The position numbers and the translations under genes are program-made. DNA of 32,000 nt from Edaphobacter aggregans (GTDB lineage: Bacteria; Acidobacteriota; Terriglobia; Terriglobales; Acidobacteriaceae), in NCBI RefSeq assembly GCF_003945235.1, contig NZ_RSDW01000001.1:660001-692000 (forward strand), in the 5' to 3' direction. Under the pieces are notes generated by a model that did no database searches, had not been told where the DNA came from, and saw only the letters and a list, made by a program, of their open reading frames with translations. Positions 30,546 through 32,000 of the stretch are shown one piece after another (positions within the stretch are counted from its first letter, which is position 1; each line of letters begins with the position of its first letter).

Positions 30546-32000
30546 TGAGCCCAGGCGTCTACTCCGTCAAACATAGCAGGATTGTTTTCGCGTTGACGTT
30601 TATCGTCATTGTGGGCGGGATCTTCGCATATCAAAATCTCGGGCGTCTGGAGGACCCGGAGTTCACGATCAAGCAAGCCCTGATCGTCACACCGTACCCG
30701 GGGGGCTCCCCTCAGGAAGTGGCCCAGGAGATCACTAACCCCATTGAAAACGCCGTTCAGCAGATGGGCCAGGTTGACTACGTCGAATCGGAGTCCACGC
30801 GCGGACGGTCATTGGTCCGGGTCCACATCAAAGATCAATACCACAAAGACAGAATCCCTCAGGTCTGGGACGAACTTCGTCGCAAGGTCAACGACGTCCA
30901 ACCCAGATTGCCGCCTTCGGCGCGCGGCACATCGCAGGTAGTCGATGATTTCGGTGACGTTTACGGCATCTTTTTAGGGATCACTGGCAAAGGATTCTCG
31001 CAACCCGAGCTTCGTCGCTACGCAGATGCCGTCCGTCGCGAGTTGCAGTTGGTGGATGGCGTCGCCAAAGTCGATCTCTTTAGTGAGCAACAGGAGGTTG
31101 TCTTCCTCGAAATGTCGCGGTCGCGGCTGGCGCGGCTTGGCATGAATGAAAACCAGATCTATGCCCAGTTACAGGCGAGGAATGTCGTCGCAGACGGCGG
31201 ACGCGTGCGTGTAGGCGGCCAATATGTCGTGATCGATCCGACGGGCGGTTTCCGCTCGGCCGAGGACATGCTCAATTTAGTGATCGGAGCGGATACAACC
31301 GGCCGCCAACTCCTACTTCGAGATGTAGCGACGATCACACGTGGTTATGAAGATCCGCCGCGTCGCCTGTTCCGTTACGATAGCCAGCCAGCCATCGGTC
31401 TTGGCGTCTCCACAGTACCAGGCGGAAACGTAGTTACGATGGGTAAGGGCGTCCAGAAAAAACTCGATGAGATGGAACAAAACCGGCCCGTCGGCATCGA
31501 GATCCACCACGTCAACTTTCAGCCCGTCGCGGTCTCCGAAGCCACGAGAGCCTTCACTTTCAATCTGCTCAAGGCTGTCACTATTGTCTTTGTCGTGCTC
31601 CTGTTTGCGATGGGGCGCAAGGCCGGATTCATCATCGGCTTCGTGTTGTTTCTTACGATCATAGGGACTTTTCTGGTGATGAAAATCAAGGGAGGCCTCC
31701 TGCTTGAGCGTATCTCTCTTGGCGCTCTCATCATCGCGCTGTGCATGCTCACCGACAATGCGATTGTTATCACCGAAGGGCTCAAGGTCGGAATCGAAGC
31801 GGGCAAGGACAAGCTCGAAACAATTCACGATGTGGTGTCGCACAACCAGTGGCCGCTGTTCGGGGCGACAGCCATCGCAGTTTTGGCCTTTGCGGCCATC
31901 GGACTATCGGAGGATTCAGCCGGCGAGTTGCTTAGTTCCCTCTTTTGGGTCATATGCATCTCCTTGGCGCTGAGTTGGGTGGCGGCAATCACAGTCACTC
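30545..32000 (+). CDS. RND efflux transporter permease, second system (3' end outside window)
   Basis: Not in the ORF track because it has no stop in the window. My own translation from ATG 30545 (which overlaps the adaptor stop, TAATG) stays open to base 32000: MSPGVYSVKHSRIVFALTFIVIVGGIFAYQNLGRLEDPEFTIKQALIVTPYPGGSPQEV... The TM4 motif is ALCMLTDNAIVITEG. Confidence 0.9.
   Translation, partial: MSPGVYSVKHSRIVFALTFIVIVGGIFAYQNLGRLEDPEFTIKQALIVTPYPGGSPQEVAQEITNPIENAVQQMGQVDYVESESTRGRSLVRVHIKDQYHKDRIPQVWDELRRKVNDVQPRLPPSARGTSQVVDDFGDVYGIFLGITGKGFSQPELRRYADAVRRELQLVDGVAKVDLFSEQQEVVFLEMSRSRLARLGMNENQIYAQLQARNVVADGGRVRVGGQYVVIDPTGGFRSAEDMLNLVIGADTTGRQLLLRDVATITRGYEDPPRRLFRYDSQPAIGLGVSTVPGGNVVTMGKGVQKKLDEMEQNRPVGIEIHHVNFQPVAVSEATRAFTFNLLKAVTIVFVVLLFAMGRKAGFIIGFVLFLTIIGTFLVMKIKGGLLLERISLGALIIALCMLTDNAIVITEGLKVGIEAGKDKLETIHDVVSHNQWPLFGATAIAVLAFAAIGLSEDSAGELLSSLFWVICISLALSWVAAITVT

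Overview
The window is a chromosomal segment of a moderately GC-rich Gram-negative. Gene content and style suggest an Acidobacteriota (Terriglobia-like) genome, but that is inference only. Nearly all of it codes for proteostasis or cell-envelope functions.

Gene order:
- + strand: clpP (5' truncated), clpX and lon, with long untranslated spacers on both sides of lon.
- + strand: a complete tripartite RND efflux operon (TolC-type outer-membrane factor, lipoprotein adaptor, AcrB-type pump).
- A 520-bp convergent intergenic region holding two diverged copies of a ~60-nt repeat and three terminator-like hairpins.
- An 8-kb minus-strand block: PpiD-like chaperone, malQ, a 61-aa ORF coupled to a truncated 3-hydroxyacyl-CoA-dehydrogenase-like Rossmann protein, two paralogous MacB/FtsX-type ABC permeases with no ATPase nearby, and a YncE/YVTN-type beta-propeller.
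- Minus strand: an O-antigen-ligase/TPR membrane protein followed by a lipoprotein.
- Transcribed divergently from those two: a tightly packed four-gene operon of exported proteins with no family I can name.
- + strand: a zinc-ribbon/DUF4870-like membrane protein, a YcaD-like MFS transporter, and a second RND adaptor plus pump that runs off the 3' end.

The best candidate for something undescribed is the exported-protein operon at about 22.75-26.9 kb:
- It encodes a lipoprotein with a galactose-binding-like domain, a 168-aa secreted protein, a modular protein of more than 700 aa, and a CsgG/LpoB-like secreted protein.
- The modular protein has Gly/Ser and (D/N)NPP repeat linkers, a ~500-aa orphan domain, and an apparent frameshift that separates it from its signal peptide.

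I saw no rRNA, tRNA, CRISPR array, transposase or integrase. All functional calls rest on by-eye motif recognition. No searches or computations were run.
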